Of a DNA stretch of 64,000 nt, positions 12,150-23,261 are shown piece after piece (position 1 is the stretch's first letter; each line of letters begins with the position of its first letter). The notes under the pieces are model-generated. The model saw only the letters and a list, made by a program, of their open reading frames with translations, did not search any database and was not told the DNA's origin. Both the position numbers and the translations under genes were made by a program. Source of the DNA: Psammoneis japonica (taxonomy: Eukaryota); contig QPGO01000109.1 in the NCBI GenBank assembly GCA_008632985.1, positions 124,001 through 188,000 on the forward strand, in the 5' to 3' direction.

Positions 12150-14480
12150 TTAATGTGCGCCGTCAAAATTGTTGACAAGCAGAATTTAAAAAATGCCAGC
12201 AAAAGTGCTCCACAAAATGAAGCTGTTTCTTGCATTTCATCTGATGTCTCGTCAACTTTTCTTGCACAAGCTTCAATCAAATGCATGCAATGTTGAACTT
12301 GATTGGGGTCAAAATCCATTTTTTGTGATGCATGGTTTGGTTTCCTTTTGATCACAAACAATTTGAACTTGGTTTTCACTTTGTCCTCCTTGCTCACGTG
12401 GTGGTTGTGTCTTTGCACGTGTGCAGTCTGTGGCACTTCACACAAGCACATGACCCACCTTCATTTTTCTTCATGTTTCCCAGATTTGTGCAGCCCATTG
12501 GTCTGCGGCATTTTCAGCACATGTTTTTTACATGTGCAACTTTCTGCACACTTCATGACAGTGCACCCTCTCCCCAAAGTTTGAAAAACAAGAGCACGAC
12601 TGTTGTGATTCATGCGGATCCTGTGTGTGGTCGACAGCGGCTCAATGCATGGTGAAACCTGCCGTCCTTCTGTTTGGTCAAGATGGGGTTTTATTTGGGG
12701 GGCACAGCTTGAATTTTGTGATCGAGAATGTGCTGTCACGAATCTGCCGTGCATCCAGAATGCTGAGCTCTGGCATGTTGTTGTGTGTTGTGTGCACCCA
12801 CATCACAAACTTGCTTTTCTGCAGCATTGGTGCAATCGTGCATGTCAGAGTTTTGCATCCAAAATCATCACAAGTCACCACAAATTGCACTGTTCAAACA
12901 AGGCATGCACAAAATGAGTTTCATTGGTTTTTGACACATTCGCCAACAACACATCCGTCTTCTCCAATTTCTACATCCAGATCCAGAAAGACTGCAGGCG
13001 GTGCTTGTTCCTGCAGCTCTCAGAATCACATGTGTGAAAAGTTCTTTGCCATGTGTGACACTCTTCAAAAAAGGCATGAACAAAAAGAGCTTCATTTGTT
13101 TTTGATGTGTTCACTCATGTTGCACCCGTCTTCTCCAATTTCCACATCCAGACCCAGAAAGACTGCTGAGGCAGAGAGTGAGGAGGCAACCCATTGGAGG
13201 TTGCCTGAGTTTTTGGGCTCATTTTTGAGGATGGATCGTCCAGATGAGGTCTGTTTGCGCATTTTTTTGGAAAAAACCTGGATTTCTCGCACTGGATGCG
13301 CTCGCCAACAAAACATTTTCAGCGATGGGTCGGACTTTGTCCCTTCAAAAGACACCACAGAATGTGTCAGCAATGGTCGTGACCATGCGCGATCTTTAGC
13401 ATGACGACTGTGGATGTGTCTGCAGCCAGTCAAACGCCAATTGTCGGCATTTCCTGGAAAGTTGTGGCATGTCTCCCATGAGCAGTGTGATTTTGGTGAA
13501 AAATGGCAGTTCATTGAATGTGACAACTGCACGAATCCTAAGATTGGCATTTGAAGGTTGAAATGTGCAGTTCATGTGTGGGTCCAATGGCCCTGATGGG
13601 GGCTGGACACACTCACAAGTGTTTGGGGGTGCTCAGAGGCATCGCAAAACAACACGGTCGAAGCACAAGAAAATTGCAAAATCACGAGCTGATTAAAAAA
13701 ATGCCTCATCTGGACAATCCATCCTCAAAGGCTTCCCAAGTCTCTCCGCTGTTTGTGGCCCATGCTCTGAACATGTCATTGATGAACCGTCCACAGCATG
13801 GGAGGTGTGGGGCGAACTCAGTCATTGCCGTGTGACTTTGTTGTTCATGCAGCACCTTGCACACTGTGGTGCAAGTGCAGACTGTGCTTGTTCCCACAGC
13901 TGTTCCAGCAAGTGCATTGTGCGGCACTTGCAATGTTTTTTTGCTTGCTCACATGCTTTCTTTCTGTGTTTTCTTTGAGTTGCAGGGGTGGAGCTGGGTG
14001 CTCGACGTCTTGCACCGCACACCAAAGCCCAGCCTGCTCCGAAATCAGTGGTGCCGGATGCACCGATGCACCGGCAAGTTTTGGCTCATGTCAGTGCATC
14101 TACACTGCACTCTCACAATGTGCTCTGCACTTTTTGGCAATGAACAAGGTGGGTCAGAGGAGCAACAGCACTTCTGCTGCAAACTTGCCTGCTCCAGAAT
14201 CAGCGGCATTGGATGCACTGGCGCGCCCATGTTGCCATTCCTGTGGGCAGTGTTGGCACATCTGTGCAATGCTCTCACAATGTGTTTTGCTCTTTTTGGC
14301 AATGAATGAGGTGGAACAGAGCAGCGGTGCTTCAAACAACAAAACAGCAGCTCCTGCTGCAAACACGCCTGTTCCAGAATCAGTGGTGCCAGATGCGCTG
14401 GTGAGCCCATGTTGCCGTTCCTGTTGGCGGTGTTGGCTCATCCACATTGCACCCTCACAATGCATTCTGCACTTTTTTGG
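12150..14480. repeat. Dispersed repeat with internal tandem duplications; inverted homolog at ~44150-44249 and ~46347-47680
   Basis: aaaattgttgacaagcaga...aaaaaatgccagcaaaagtgctc at ~12165 is the reverse complement of ~47595-47640; blocks ~12830-13230 and ~13750-14380 also match in reverse. Confidence 0.8.
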
Positions 14481-15898
14481 CAATGAACAAGGTGGCTGCC
14501 AGCAGCAGCACTTAAAGAAAGCGAGCTGCAACTGCTGCTGCAGACTCCAGGGTGCAGTCTCCATCGGCGTCATTCAACTTAAATGCAAACAACAAAGTAG
14601 AAAGTTCATGGCACAGCGCAAATGATTTTAATTTGCAGGTTTTGCAGGGACAGAGGGTGGGCACTCTCATGGGGAAAACCTGCCCCTGTTTCACAGTGAA
14701 ACAATTTTCCTCATGGGGAGGGGGGGTCTGATCCCACAGTGTGAAAATGTCAATCTGTCATGGTTGGCATGTCATTGCCAGCCACACAACTGATGAGGTT
14801 TGAAACCATGAAAAAATTGTCTGCAAAAGGAACAAAAATCACAGTGAAAAGATGTGTGATGATCACTGTGTTGCACACTCTGATGTTCCACTCCAAAGTT
14901 GGGCTGCTGCACTGTGTTCTGGCACTTGTGTCCGGGGGCAGCAACGCGAGGAGGAAGGACTCTTTTCACACTGCGGGCAGTTGGACTGCAGCAGCCACAA
15001 TCCAACACAACTGTTTGAGGTGCACCCACGAGTGTTGGAACATCAGTTTCAAAGTTGTTGTTGTGGAGGATGTCATGTCACTCCGCACACGCGGGTTGGT
15101 CAAATCCCTTTTTTTTGTGTTTTTGCAGAACACGTCTAAAACAAGCCACAATTGTGTTCGAAGGTGAGGCATTTCGATGAAAATTGCCAAGTTGAAAAGA
15201 ACCAATTTGCTCGTTTTGCACAGTGACAAAAAACAAAAAACAACAACACCACGACACATCGTTCAGTCTGGGTGCCAGAACCCCAGGACTGACAATCCCT
15301 GGTTTTTGAAAACACGGGTTCGAACCCCGAAATGAAAATGCGGGATTGAGTCCCTGGTTTTTATTCGCGCAGCTCGCAGTGCTTTTTCTGCATGATTTTG
15401 CTGTTGCTTGCCACCCGAAGTGACTTTGCTTCCCATCAGTTCTCACGGAAAATCTGTCACTTGATCCACTTTGTGGCCACTGCTGCTTGCAATGTTGAAC
15501 CAAGCATTTGACATTTTATGCAGTGTTGCTTTCCTGTTGTTCAATGAGACTTTTGATGTGATTTGCATTGCGTCTCTTCGCATCGGTTGATGGTGGTGTC
15601 CAATCAGCCTTTTGTTTGTTCAAAAACAGCTGAGTGTCTTCCCTGCCAAGCCCATGTGACTGTGCATCATGACAGTCAAGAAAACAGGTTTTCTTGCCGC
15701 TTGTGCCTTGGTTGGTGGGGAAGTGCAATGGCTTTCCACACAGGTTGCAACTCGAGCACGAGTCTGTCCCGCACCAAACACAGAGCCTTGGATGCTTGTG
15801 GCTGGCGAACACTGCATCAAAGTGACAACGTAAGTGCGGTGCACTGCGGCACAGACGAGATTCATTTCCACCCTGCTGAGCTCGTTGGCATTGTTCTA

Positions 15899-16751
15899 GA
15901 CGCGCTCCAGGTCCAGGTGGGACCTCGTGCTGCTGAACTGCAACATCGATGGTTTTTTGAATCGCGTCGTATGTTGCAGCACGCAGATTTCTGCGTGATT
16001 TTTGTGACATTTTGTGTCATTTCATGGCACACTTGTTGAGCGATCCATCCAACAACTTTTGACATTTTTTGTTGCAGTGCGATTCTACAATGTCTTAAGA
16101 ATCGCGCAGGGCAGGTGCATTTGCAAAAACGTCGAGTGGCACGAGGCACAATTGCACCACAAACTTGGCACCACAAACTTGGCCATTTATTTTGCAGCAT
16201 GCATGCAGACAAAAGGTTGTTTTTGTCACCCCTTTGTGACATTTAAAGGCTGTGACACGTCGCCGTGATGCATTGGCTCTTGTTGGCAGCTGCACATTGC
16301 ACTCCTCCCCATGTGTCACGCGTCCATGCGGCTCTTTACTGACGTGCACTGACGCTGCACGGTTTTGGCAGAACAGTGTGGGTGCGCACGAAGGAACGTG
16401 CAGAACTGCACAGAGTTTTGCGCGCTCGACAGTGATCAACGTTGCTGCAGACAACTCCCACTCAGGGTTTCGAACCCCTGGCCTCCTGCCCAATGGTTGC
16501 GATGAACCACTCCACCATGAATTCACAACGCAGCATGCATGCAGACAAAAGGTCATTTTTGTCACGCCCTTTGTGACATTTAAAGGCTGCAACACATGCC
16601 ATGATGCATTGACTCTTGTCAGCAGCTGTGTGTGCAATTTGATGTTGAAGACAAGTGTGTCCATTGATTGAATTCTCGCACTGCAGAGCTCGCACGTAGA
16701 GTTCTACGGGCCCAATGTCAAACGGAGTCCCACCTGGGGCTGGAGCACGTC
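15899..16751. mobile_element. GAC-TIR family MITE inserted in the piggyBac-like transposase; TSD TCTA/TCCA
   Basis: tcta|gacgcgctccaggtccaggtggg ... cccacctggggctggagcacgtc|tcca; interior homologous to ~46010-46346; removing it rejoins the transposase (VTLEQCQR). Confidence 0.85.
16193..16636 (-). mobile_element. TRIM-like miniature LTR element with an internal tRNA-like segment; TSD ATTT
   Basis: TG...CA ends; ~108-bp direct repeats (16193-16301, 16529-16636); purine tract ggggaggag on minus before the 3' repeat; A/B-box-like motifs at ~16454-16524; the homologous site at ~46225-46250 lacks the insertion. Confidence 0.8.
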
Positions 16752-19564
16752 TCCAATGTCACAAAATTGCCAGCCGTCATCGTTTGTCCCAAAGCTGCTC
16801 TTCGTTGATGGTTTTGTTGAGTTGAGGCCCGCACTGCATTGTCACCTGGGTGCAGATGTGCTGCAGGGTGACGCTGCAGCATCTGTCCTGAGAGACGGTC
16901 TCAGAATGTCCAGAAATCCATTGGACCATCGACTTTCCATGATGAGTCTAACCCACCCTCTGCCATTTCCAAATGAACATCACACGCAATGACGACAGCC
17001 ATGGCCTTGCCGTGGTTCATCACAGAATGCCAATGCTTCCAAGAACGACAGAACACATTTGCATTTTTGATGCAATGGTCAAATGAATCAACTGTGAGCA
17101 AGATGAGAGACACAGATCACGGGCTTCATTCGTCTCAATTGCCCAGTGTCGCTTGCTCTTGTTTCTGCCTCTTTCTTGATGCCCCACACATTTGCTGCAC
17201 TCGTTGAGGGCATTCACAGCAGCAATGTTGCACGACGAAGTTGATTGAAATGAGCAAAGCACATGTTGGCAGCCCCCAGCATTGCGCGTGGGTGCCACAG
17301 TCTTGACAGCAACAATCGGATGATCAAACCCAGCAGCTTTTGATCTTGCATTGGATGGTGTTTGTTTTTTCTGGAAGTGCTTCCCTGGGACACCTGCAGG
17401 CAGCCGATCCCTCCGACGTGCAATTGCAGCTGAATGGCCATTTTCCCCAATCCAGTCTGAACTGCAGTCAGCGTCAAAGCAGTTGTCACATGTTGCGCGC
17501 GGCTTTCCTGGGAACATCTTCTTGGGTCCGGCGTCGTCGCCCACACTGCCGTCGTAACCCACCATTTCCCCCACTTGTTCCAAGATCACACGAATTTCCG
17601 TCGGGCCCATGGCGCCCCATCCATCTGTCCGTGGGTGCAATTTGTGTCGTCGAACACAAGCCCGAGGTCGCATCCGGCGCACATCCAACACGATCACTGT
17701 CAGACCGCCCTTGGTGATGCCGGGCTTTCCAACTGTGCGACTGGCAATCCCGCTGCCAGCTTCACCACAACCCGCGTGGCCCCAGGTGGTTTCGTCACCA
17801 CATTGATCCATTTCTGCATGCAGTGTTGTCGCGTTGACATTGTGCACTGTTGTCGAGCAAAGCATGTCATGCTTGCATGCCGGGTTGCACCCGGCTTCAC
17901 CTCTTCCAGGGGATGTCATGTTGTTGCATGGCTTCAGCACTCGCTTTGTTTGAAGCCAACGTGAGCAGCGAATCGACGAGGACACACTCGAGTCACAGTC
18001 GGATCCATCAGCCATCCACCTGCGGTGAATGGCTCCGTCACTGCCACCCTTGATGCCGTCTCAGACAATCACTGCATCAAATCTGACAAGCTCCTGGATG
18101 TTCACAAGTTTGAAATCATGTCCATGCAATGAGCACAACTTCAACTCTGCCATGGCGCACAAGTTGGAATGCATCCCCACTTTGCTGTAGAACGACTTTC
18201 TGGGGTCTGAGTTGACACCGGACCGTGCAGTGTCACACATTGGGAGAATCAATTGATGGAAAAACAAAGCATCCCGATTTTTCATCCGCTCAGCATTCGT
18301 TCCCAACAATCGCAATGCATTTGCATCCAAAGATCCTTTCCTTGGTGCTGGAAACAGGTTGTCCTTTGATGCGCCCGATCTGTCAGGCAGTTGCAGCATC
18401 AAATCCTTCTCGGCAACATCGTCACTGGACATTGACCCATCCATTGCAAATTCTCTTCCCTTCTGAATTCTCCGGCACTGGCACGGCCCCAGTTGGCAAG
18501 CCATGTTGAGTGCACTTCTTGCCCCCTCTTGCTTCAAGCTGAGAGCGGAAAGCATGTCTGCTCCACCCTCCTGGATTGTCCACATCAGCAAATGGTGGCT
18601 CCCCCTTGTCTGCTTTCATCTCGGGTGGCTGCCACCCTTCAGGAGCACCAGGAATGTTCAACTGCACTGACGGGTCACGCTCACCAAGGTGCAGCAGCAA
18701 GGCAGTGTGGTCGTTGTCAGCCACAGTCTGTTCATCACTGTCTTGGTCCACAACACGCGATCTCAACCTTTCCAAATGGGCATCAGCATGAGCTCCATCA
18801 ATGTCATTGACATTCTCATGCTCTTCATCGCTGTCACCACCATCTCCCGTCTCTGTCTCATCCGCAAGGACGTGCTCGGGGTCCACCAGTTGGTCCTCCG
18901 CAGCTGCGGGACCAAAGTCTGTGGCCGTCATGTGCAGTGGCAGCCCTGGTTGTTGTGTCGCCATTCCACCAAACGCTTCATTGGCACTTGCAGAAGCGGC
19001 CATCTTCGTCGCAACGTTGATGCTCCGATTCACTGAGCGTGTTGCTTTGACGACAATGGCGGTGGCTGCGGTTGTTTTTTTTTTTGCAGTCATCGGCTTT
19101 TCAACGTAGGCTCAGGTAACATTTCTACGGTGATGCGTCACTGCAAAAAACCCGGGATTCAGTCCCCGAACACCCCGGTTTCAAGCCCACTCTAATAACG
19201 ACAACAAAATGCCAATGTAACTCCAACCGTTAGACATGTTATTTGAAGGGTAATCAGTCATTTACATCCTGACTAAAACCTCTGAGTAATAATCAATGGT
19301 TATTGGATATTTCCGTTCAACGGCTAACGGCTAGTGGAAAACCCGGGACTGAATCCGGGTTTTTCGGGGCGCCCAGACTAAACGATAGATAACTCGATGA
19401 TTGATGATGCAGCAACAATAAGCTGTTGTTTGTTGTTGTCGTTGCGCTTCACACATTTGGCGGCAGATGACGAGAGGTAGAAGACTTATTGGCAAAAGTT
19501 GTGGATGCGACTATAGCACTATACGCGTTGGAGCCGCAGCGTATAGCAACGAGTCCTCTCCGAC

Positions 19565-20531
19565 ATGAAATTATTGTCAGCGGTGCAAAACAGCAACAAG
19601 AAGAACAAGGCTCGATCCGTTTTACGAGTCGTTCGTCGATTTCTCTTTCCCATTTGTTTGCTTGTTGTTGTTGTTGCGCTTGGAATGATGGGAGGAGTGT
19701 GGAGGAATGATTATTATTTGGTGACGACGGCAACGGAGCAAACCGTGACGGGGTACTTTGACGCCCCCGTTCACCTTGTACAGGTAGGGGATACTGCCTA
19801 TGCTCACAAAATGTCCAATCATACGCTTCGTAATCGCCAATGGGCAGAGTGCAGGAAGTTCAATTACACCTTGATTCCGATACAACCGGATTCTGCAGCT
19901 GGTGCCAATAACACCGACTGTATCTACACTCGCAAGGTACAAGCGATTCAGAATTTCCTTTTCAAAGTCCCAAACGACGAGTGGATTAATTTTTCTAGAT
20001 TTGGACGTTCAGTATGCGGCTCGTTCGTGCATGGCACTGGATAGGATTCTGCCCACTGTCTCGGTCAAGGAGAGTCAATCGTGTGAATTCATGGCGCTCG
20101 GTTCCTATCACACAATCAATACAGGTGTCCTGATTGTCAAGTCCACCGCATCGACCCGACAACTTGTCAAGGACTGGTACCACCGACAGAAAAAGTTTGC
20201 AATCTGCGGTGGTGCTGCGGATCAAATATCACTTCAATCGGTAATGCTGGATTATGCGTCACGGAACCGGTACAAGGGCTCTTGTGATGATGACGATGAC
20301 ATGAGTCTTCATGGACGGAATTTATGTTTTCGAAAAAGCATGATTGCCTTTGGTTGTCGCAAACGATCGTTTCGGAATGTATGCTTGTTGGGTTGTGGTG
20401 ATGGACTTCAATGCAAAGATTGTCATCATTGGAAACGATGGTTTGTCCGAACGAGTGGGATTTGCAATGAGAACAAGACAGTCTTTTGGCACGACAAGCA
20501 TCACGCGCTTGAGTTACAACCACCCACATGA
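19565..20531 (+). CDS. Type II membrane glycosyltransferase-like protein (GT34/MNN10-like) with a 1-nt frameshift near 19987
   Basis: N-terminal TM helix, RKVQAI, IFLDLD (DxD), INTGVLIVK, DQ motif; two overlapping ORFs (19565-20044, 19902-20531) join at tggattaatttttctagat. Confidence 0.65.
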
Positions 20532-21403
20532 AAAGAAGTGTGAAATCATTGTTGTGGATGGGATCTGGCATAGAAACAAAAGATATTTTGTATCAATGAC
20601 AAGTGGAAGGGATGGTGGAGGTACACTCGACTGTGGAGACCGTTCCTTGGGTGCTGCAGCTGCACTCTGTGTCCCCAAGATGTGTTTCAGTGCCGTTTGT
20701 GGAATTGTTCAGGGCATTTGTGCTGGAATGGTTGGTCCAAAGGGAGCTGGCAACTCTTCCGCAAATCGGCACATGGAACTAGGACGTGACGAGGAGACCG
20801 GCTGTGCTCCGAATGAAATGCGTTGGTAGGCGAAAGCCATTGTCTCTATAACCTCACCTCTGGTGGCATGGTCACACAAGGTTGCTGAGGTTGATCTCGA
20901 CGTTTCCTTGCATCGAAAGCAAGCGTGATTCAGAAACAGGAGCAGCCAAAAAGGACACAACTTTGGCAAATGTGTGCGCAGCGTGGTGTTTTCGGTTGAC
21001 GAGCGAGGAGTCCAATTTTAATTGTAGCGAGAAAAATCAAAATGGAGAAGCACCTTATTCCAAACAATTTTTAGCTACAGTAGCTAGAAGCAGTAGAGGA
21101 TAGTTATAAAATAGAGGCAGGCAGGCAGGACGAAGCTTTGCACTGTAGCACATACACCTAAATATCGTACGTTTCACCCTCGAACCCGCGCCATCGCAAT
21201 TATTTCACGGTCAAGCCGCAACCCCCTTTGACCTTGTTGCGAGGCCTTTGCATCAAGTATCAGAAGCTTAAAGACTCCAAGAGCGAACCTAAGAAGTCTT
21301 TTGAGAGTCATATGAGATATGGCAAATGAGTGGTATCGATTGAGGCAACTATTGGATAAAAACGATAAGAGCACTGAACTCCCATCATACCGTGACGTCT
21401 GAA

Positions 21404-23047
21404 ATGAATAACAGCTGGACCGGCGGCAGCGCTGTTCCTCCGCCTGCCTTTGAAAACAACATGGCTTCGCAGAGTACACTGCCTTATAATCAAGAGCAGC
21501 AGTATAATCAGGTGACACCGCAGTCATCTACGTACTACAACCGAAACAAGAACAGCAATGAACAGATGTTCGCCTGTCTGTACACCAAACAGCTCACGCA
21601 AAAACGCAAAGTGTGGCACGATGGGAAACTCATACTGACAAAATCGCCGTCGTCCTTTCATATGGTATTGCTCAAAGCGACTCCAAGTCTCGGTACGACG
21701 GGAACAGCTTTGGAAGAGTGTGATTTGACGATACAGCAGGGACAAATGATGATTGTATCCGGTAGTGACGAGACTGTGGAAACCGAGAAACACCTTATTC
21801 AAGTGCAAGGGCCGTGGATAGAGCCATCGAATCGCACATCAACGACTCTAAACAATAGTGGTGGTCCGTCCACAGGGATGCAAAAGATACTCAAGACAAA
21901 ATTTCATAAACCGAATCGATTTGTTCCTCCTCCTCCGCAACAGCATAAAGCGCCAACACTTCTCGGGAAACGGACTCGTCCTTTACAACCGGGAGAGTTG
22001 CAACGACGACATTATGGAGAATCTTGCCCACCAGTACAGCAGCAGCAGCAGCTCTATGGTGGCTCTCAACAACCGTCCAACTGGGGTGGACAACAAGAAC
22101 AGCGCCACAGCCCTCACCCGTCCAGTGGCGGTGGACCACACGAATATCGTCCTTCCTCGAATAACAATCACGGTGCTACGTCGAGTTACCCAGAGCCTTC
22201 TCGAAACATTCCGGGGCATCTTCAGTCATCGGGCAATCATGCAAGAGGACCAGTAGCTGGTTCCAACTACGCTCACTCGAATATGAATACTGGCTTTGCG
22301 TCTGGTAATCCGTATGCACAGGGTTCTCGTGAGAATAGGACGCCCCAGCAGCAGCATCAACCTTCTCGTGTTGACAACAACGACTACCAACAATTCTCAT
22401 CGAACCAACCGCCACCGCCCATTATGGATGCCACACGTGCTCCTCCAACGAGTCATTTTGTCAGAAACGGTGACGGACACGACGGAAACAAGGAGAATCA
22501 TCGTCAGCCGCAAGACATGCAATCTACTGATAGGACGCGTCCAAGCCAGAACTCCTTTGCCAATAACGACTTTGATCCAAACAGTATCTATGGTGAAGAA
22601 GAGGATGACGACGGCATGAATCATCACAATGATGCGCAAAGCACGGCTCCCTGGCACGGGAATTATAATACCGCATCTACCAATAGTAGTATTACAAATG
22701 CGTGGGGCCCTGCTTTAGACACGAATCGCCAACAAGAGCCGTGTCCTTCTGGAACGCTGTCTTCTCACAAAAATGTCCCGTCTGGAGAACAAGACAATAC
22801 GGGAGTCGCAGAAAAGAAGCCATTGTCCACGAATCAATTGCTCCTACTCTTTGGCGTGGGATCGGCTGCTCCAACGGATGCCGGCGCTACAGAACGCGTC
22901 CCTGAAGAGGTTCGAGGCAATCCTGCAACTGCACCGTTGGATGGCAATGACAATGACGGTACTCCCAACAATGACGCAGAAAATCAATATGCTTTTGATT
23001 TACCGTCTCAATCGTCCTCTGACTCTTCGTCGGTGGACGATGACTAG
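21404..23047 (+). CDS. DUF2439 (ZGRF1-like N-terminal) domain protein with a long disordered Q/N/P/S-rich tail
   Basis: FACLYTKQLTQKRKVWHDGKL matches the DUF2439 signature; uninterrupted ORF with normal composition; first ATG at 21404. Confidence 0.8.
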   Translation: MNNSWTGGSAVPPPAFENNMASQSTLPYNQEQQYNQVTPQSSTYYNRNKNSNEQMFACLYTKQLTQKRKVWHDGKLILTKSPSSFHMVLLKATPSLGTTGTALEECDLTIQQGQMMIVSGSDETVETEKHLIQVQGPWIEPSNRTSTTLNNSGGPSTGMQKILKTKFHKPNRFVPPPPQQHKAPTLLGKRTRPLQPGELQRRHYGESCPPVQQQQQLYGGSQQPSNWGGQQEQRHSPHPSSGGGPHEYRPSSNNNHGATSSYPEPSRNIPGHLQSSGNHARGPVAGSNYAHSNMNTGFASGNPYAQGSRENRTPQQQHQPSRVDNNDYQQFSSNQPPPPIMDATRAPPTSHFVRNGDGHDGNKENHRQPQDMQSTDRTRPSQNSFANNDFDPNSIYGEEEDDDGMNHHNDAQSTAPWHGNYNTASTNSSITNAWGPALDTNRQQEPCPSGTLSSHKNVPSGEQDNTGVAEKKPLSTNQLLLLFGVGSAAPTDAGATERVPEEVRGNPATAPLDGNDNDGTPNNDAENQYAFDLPSQSSSDSSSVDDD

Positions 23048-23261
23048 CTAGAGCGTCGAGTCCTACTTGTAGCGGAAAAAATAGAACAGCGTCTTTTTCA
23101 ATCATTATAGCTAGGACGAAGCTGTTTATACTTCTACTTGACGACTGCGTAGTATTCTACTCGAGGGAACGCTAGCTATCTCCACATCACACAAAGCTGC
23201 TCCAAGCGCTTCTCACGGTCAAGGTCAAGTTTTCCGCCGGTTTTCACCATTTATATTTTCC

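Larger units (their letters stand above)
15260..19384 (-). mobile_element. piggyBac-like DNA transposon with degraded transposase (~19093-15516), interrupted by a MITE
   Basis: TIRs cgttcagtctgggtgcc (15260) and ggcgcccagactaaacg (ending 19384); motifs GDETTWG...KPGITKGG, CDNCF (DNYF), RRDRLP and a C-terminal CxxC...CxxC domain; flanks ACAT / ATAG. Confidence 0.8.

Noticed and set aside
14651..14720. Possible TIR related in reverse to ~43840-43908
   Set aside because: Similarity is short and I could not identify a TSD or a partner end.
9850..15250. Many Cys/His-rich ORFs resembling metal-binding proteins
   Set aside because: They overlap in all frames, lack Tyr and family motifs, and are explained by loss of TAA/TAG stops.
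16454..16524. Functional tRNA gene
   Set aside because: No convincing acceptor or anticodon stem; it lies inside a repeated mobile element (also ~33385-33455).
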